In this document: one piece after another, positions 61,965 through 64,000 of the stretch
Numbering within the stretch: the stretch's first letter is position 1
Layout: each line of letters opens with the position of its first letter
From: Alphaproteobacteria bacterium
GTDB lineage: Bacteria; Pseudomonadota; Alphaproteobacteria; GM7ARS4; G965262615
Direction: 5' to 3'
Length of the DNA: 64,000 nt
Assembly (NCBI GenBank): GCA_965262615.1
Contig: OZ253545.1
Location: 544,001 to 608,000 of the forward strand
Program-made: the position numbers and the translations under genes
The notes under the pieces: model-generated
The model's input: only the letters and a program-made list of their open reading frames with translations
Database searches by the model: none
Told to the model about the DNA's origin: nothing

Positions 61965-64000
61965 TGACATCACCCTATGAGACAACCATGACCGTTGGGG
62001 GACGGGACTATCATTTTGTGAGTTTGCGCCGCGCTGCCGACTCTCTTGGTGATTCTCTCAAGGAATGTGTGGCGCGCTTGCCTCGTAGCATGAAGGTTTT
62101 ATTTGAGAATATGGTGCGTCATGGAACGGATGAGGCGCAATTGGTGTCATTTTTGCGTCACGGTGATGATTGCAGTGTGACTCTTCACCCTGCGCGTATT
62201 CTCATGCAAGATTTCACCGCTCTGCCCGCTTTGGTGGATTTGGCGGCATTGCGAGATGCGGTGCAGGCATCGGGAGGAGAGGCGCGCCGAGTCAATCCGG
62301 TCATTCCGTTGGATGTGGTGGTGGATCATTCGGTCAGTGTGGATGCCTTTGCCTCGCACGAGGCACAAAAAATCAATGAGAAGAGAGAATTTGAACGCAA
62401 CAGCGAGCGGTATCGCTTTTTGAAATGGGGACAACAAGCCTTTGCCAATATGCGTCTGATTCCTCCTGGCAGTGGAATTTGTCATCAGGTGAATTTGGAG
62501 CACTTGGCACAGCTGGTGGTGGTGCGTGATGAAGGCGACAAGCAATGGCTTTATCCCGACAGCGTGCTGGGCACGGATAGCCATACCACCATGGTGAATG
62601 GTTTGGGCGTTTTGGGCTGGGGCGTGGGCGGCATTGAGGCAGAGGCGGCGATGCTGGGACTGCCCTTGTCTATGGCACTGCCAAAGGTGGTGGGATGTCA
62701 TTTGCAAGGACGGTTGGGCGCAGGCGTGACCGCCACCGATCTCGTGCTCACCGTCACTCAGACACTGAGACAGCACGGTGTTGTGGGGTCGTTTGTGGAA
62801 TTCACGGGGGACGCTCTTGATCATTTGAGTCTTGCCGATCGCGCCACCATTGCCAACATGGCTCCCGAATATGGTGCCACTTGCGGATTTTTTCCCATTG
62901 ATGATGAGACCCTTCGCTATCTTGCCCTCACGGGACGAGACGACAATCACTGCGAACTCGTCAAAGCATACGCACAGGAACAAGGTCTGTGGCATGATGC
63001 CACAGACCTTGCCTTTGATGAAAGGGTTGCGATTGATTGTCGTGCCATTGAGCCCTGTGTGGCGGGACCGACGCGTCCGCAAGATCGGGTGCCATTGGCG
63101 CAAGTGCCGCAATCGTTCGCTGATTTCAGTGGCGCGCCACCATCATCCGAGCCGCCCGCACTGCGGGATGGCGCACTGGTGATTGCCGCCATCACCAGCT
63201 GCACCAACACATCCAATGCCGAACTCATGCTCACCGCAGGATTATTGGCACGCGCGGCGCGCCGTCATGGATTGCAAACAAAGCCATGGGTCAAAACATC
63301 GCTCGCACCGGGCTCGCGCGTGGTGACCGCATATTTGCAAGAGGCGGGACTGATGGAGGATTTAGAATATCTCGGATTTCATGTTGTCGGCTATGGATGC
63401 ACCACATGCATTGGCAATTCAGGACCTTTGTCCGATGATGTGGCACAGACAGTGCGAGGGAAAAATCTGTGTGTGGCATCGGTGCTATCGGGCAATCGCA
63501 ATTTTGAGGGACGCATTCATCCCCAGGTGCAAGCCAACTATTTAGCATCACCGCCCTTGGTGATTGGCTATGCATTGCTGGGGGTGGTGGATGCGTCATT
63601 GCTTGAGACTCCGCTGGGTGTCGGCAGTGATGGGAGCAATATTTTTCTCGCCGACTTGTGGCCCTCATCTGACGAGGTGACCCAATTGCTGGAGCGCACC
63701 GTCACATCGTCTTTGTTTGTGTCGCAATATCGGTCGTTGGAGCAAGGAAATGACGCATGGCAGGAGATGCAGACATCAACGGGACAGCTCTATGACTGGC
63801 ATGATTCTTCCACCTATGTGCGCTCGCCGCCGTTTTTTGAGGATGACGGATTTGTGGCACATGGTTTTTATGGCGCGCGCGCTCTGGCGATATTGGGCGA
63901 TTCGGTCACCACGGATCATATCTCTCCGGCGTCTGCCATTCCTGTGGGGGGTGATGCGGCGCATTACTTACAGCGGCATGGCGTTGTTCCCATTGATTTC
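61961..64000 (+). CDS. acnA: Aconitate hydratase A (runs off window end)
   Basis: Not in the ORF track because it is truncated. Manual reading gives [77 protein letters not shown]. Confidence 0.95.
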   Translation, partial: MMTSPYETTMTVGGRDYHFVSLRRAADSLGDSLKECVARLPRSMKVLFENMVRHGTDEAQLVSFLRHGDDCSVTLHPARILMQDFTALPALVDLAALRDAVQASGGEARRVNPVIPLDVVVDHSVSVDAFASHEAQKINEKREFERNSERYRFLKWGQQAFANMRLIPPGSGICHQVNLEHLAQLVVVRDEGDKQWLYPDSVLGTDSHTTMVNGLGVLGWGVGGIEAEAAMLGLPLSMALPKVVGCHLQGRLGAGVTATDLVLTVTQTLRQHGVVGSFVEFTGDALDHLSLADRATIANMAPEYGATCGFFPIDDETLRYLALTGRDDNHCELVKAYAQEQGLWHDATDLAFDERVAIDCRAIEPCVAGPTRPQDRVPLAQVPQSFADFSGAPPSSEPPALRDGALVIAAITSCTNTSNAELMLTAGLLARAARRHGLQTKPWVKTSLAPGSRVVTAYLQEAGLMEDLEYLGFHVVGYGCTTCIGNSGPLSDDVAQTVRGKNLCVASVLSGNRNFEGRIHPQVQANYLASPPLVIGYALLGVVDASLLETPLGVGSDGSNIFLADLWPSSDEVTQLLERTVTSSLFVSQYRSLEQGNDAWQEMQTSTGQLYDWHDSSTYVRSPPFFEDDGFVAHGFYGARALAILGDSVTTDHISPASAIPVGGDAAHYLQRHGVVPIDF

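Overview
Window from an alphaproteobacterial chromosome, judged from gene content and order: split pntA1/pntA2/pntB, cobS-cobT, zinc-ribbon/ftsEX, rpsP-rimM-trmD-rplS-leuCDB-asd and mch-sdhCDAB-acnA. Housekeeping genes are tightly packed and often overlap. They are interrupted by at least seven small, visibly AT-richer accessory islets, and I see no integrase or transposase in the window. (1) A ParB-like, PD-(D/E)XK-like and SNF2-helicase operon downstream of tRNA-Ser, which is the best candidate for an undescribed defence system; it is truncated at the window start. (2) An orphan 3-TM holin-like gene with a 3x12-bp repeat beside tRNA-Gln. (3) A Fic toxin with a small upstream partner. (4) Two tandem c4-antisense-like RNAs upstream of a reversed hicB-hicA-like pair. 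(5) A lone AIPR gene. (6) A second hicB-hicA-like pair, a type II R-M system with three GATC sites in its promoter, and a promoter-driven tRNA-like RNA with a G3:U70 acceptor stem. (7) A lone OLD-like ABC-ATPase/TOPRIM gene. There is also a diverged tandem duplication at the ubiG/nitrilase junction and apparent strong avoidance of some 4-bp palindromes. All protein calls come from motif recognition by eye; no database searches were run.
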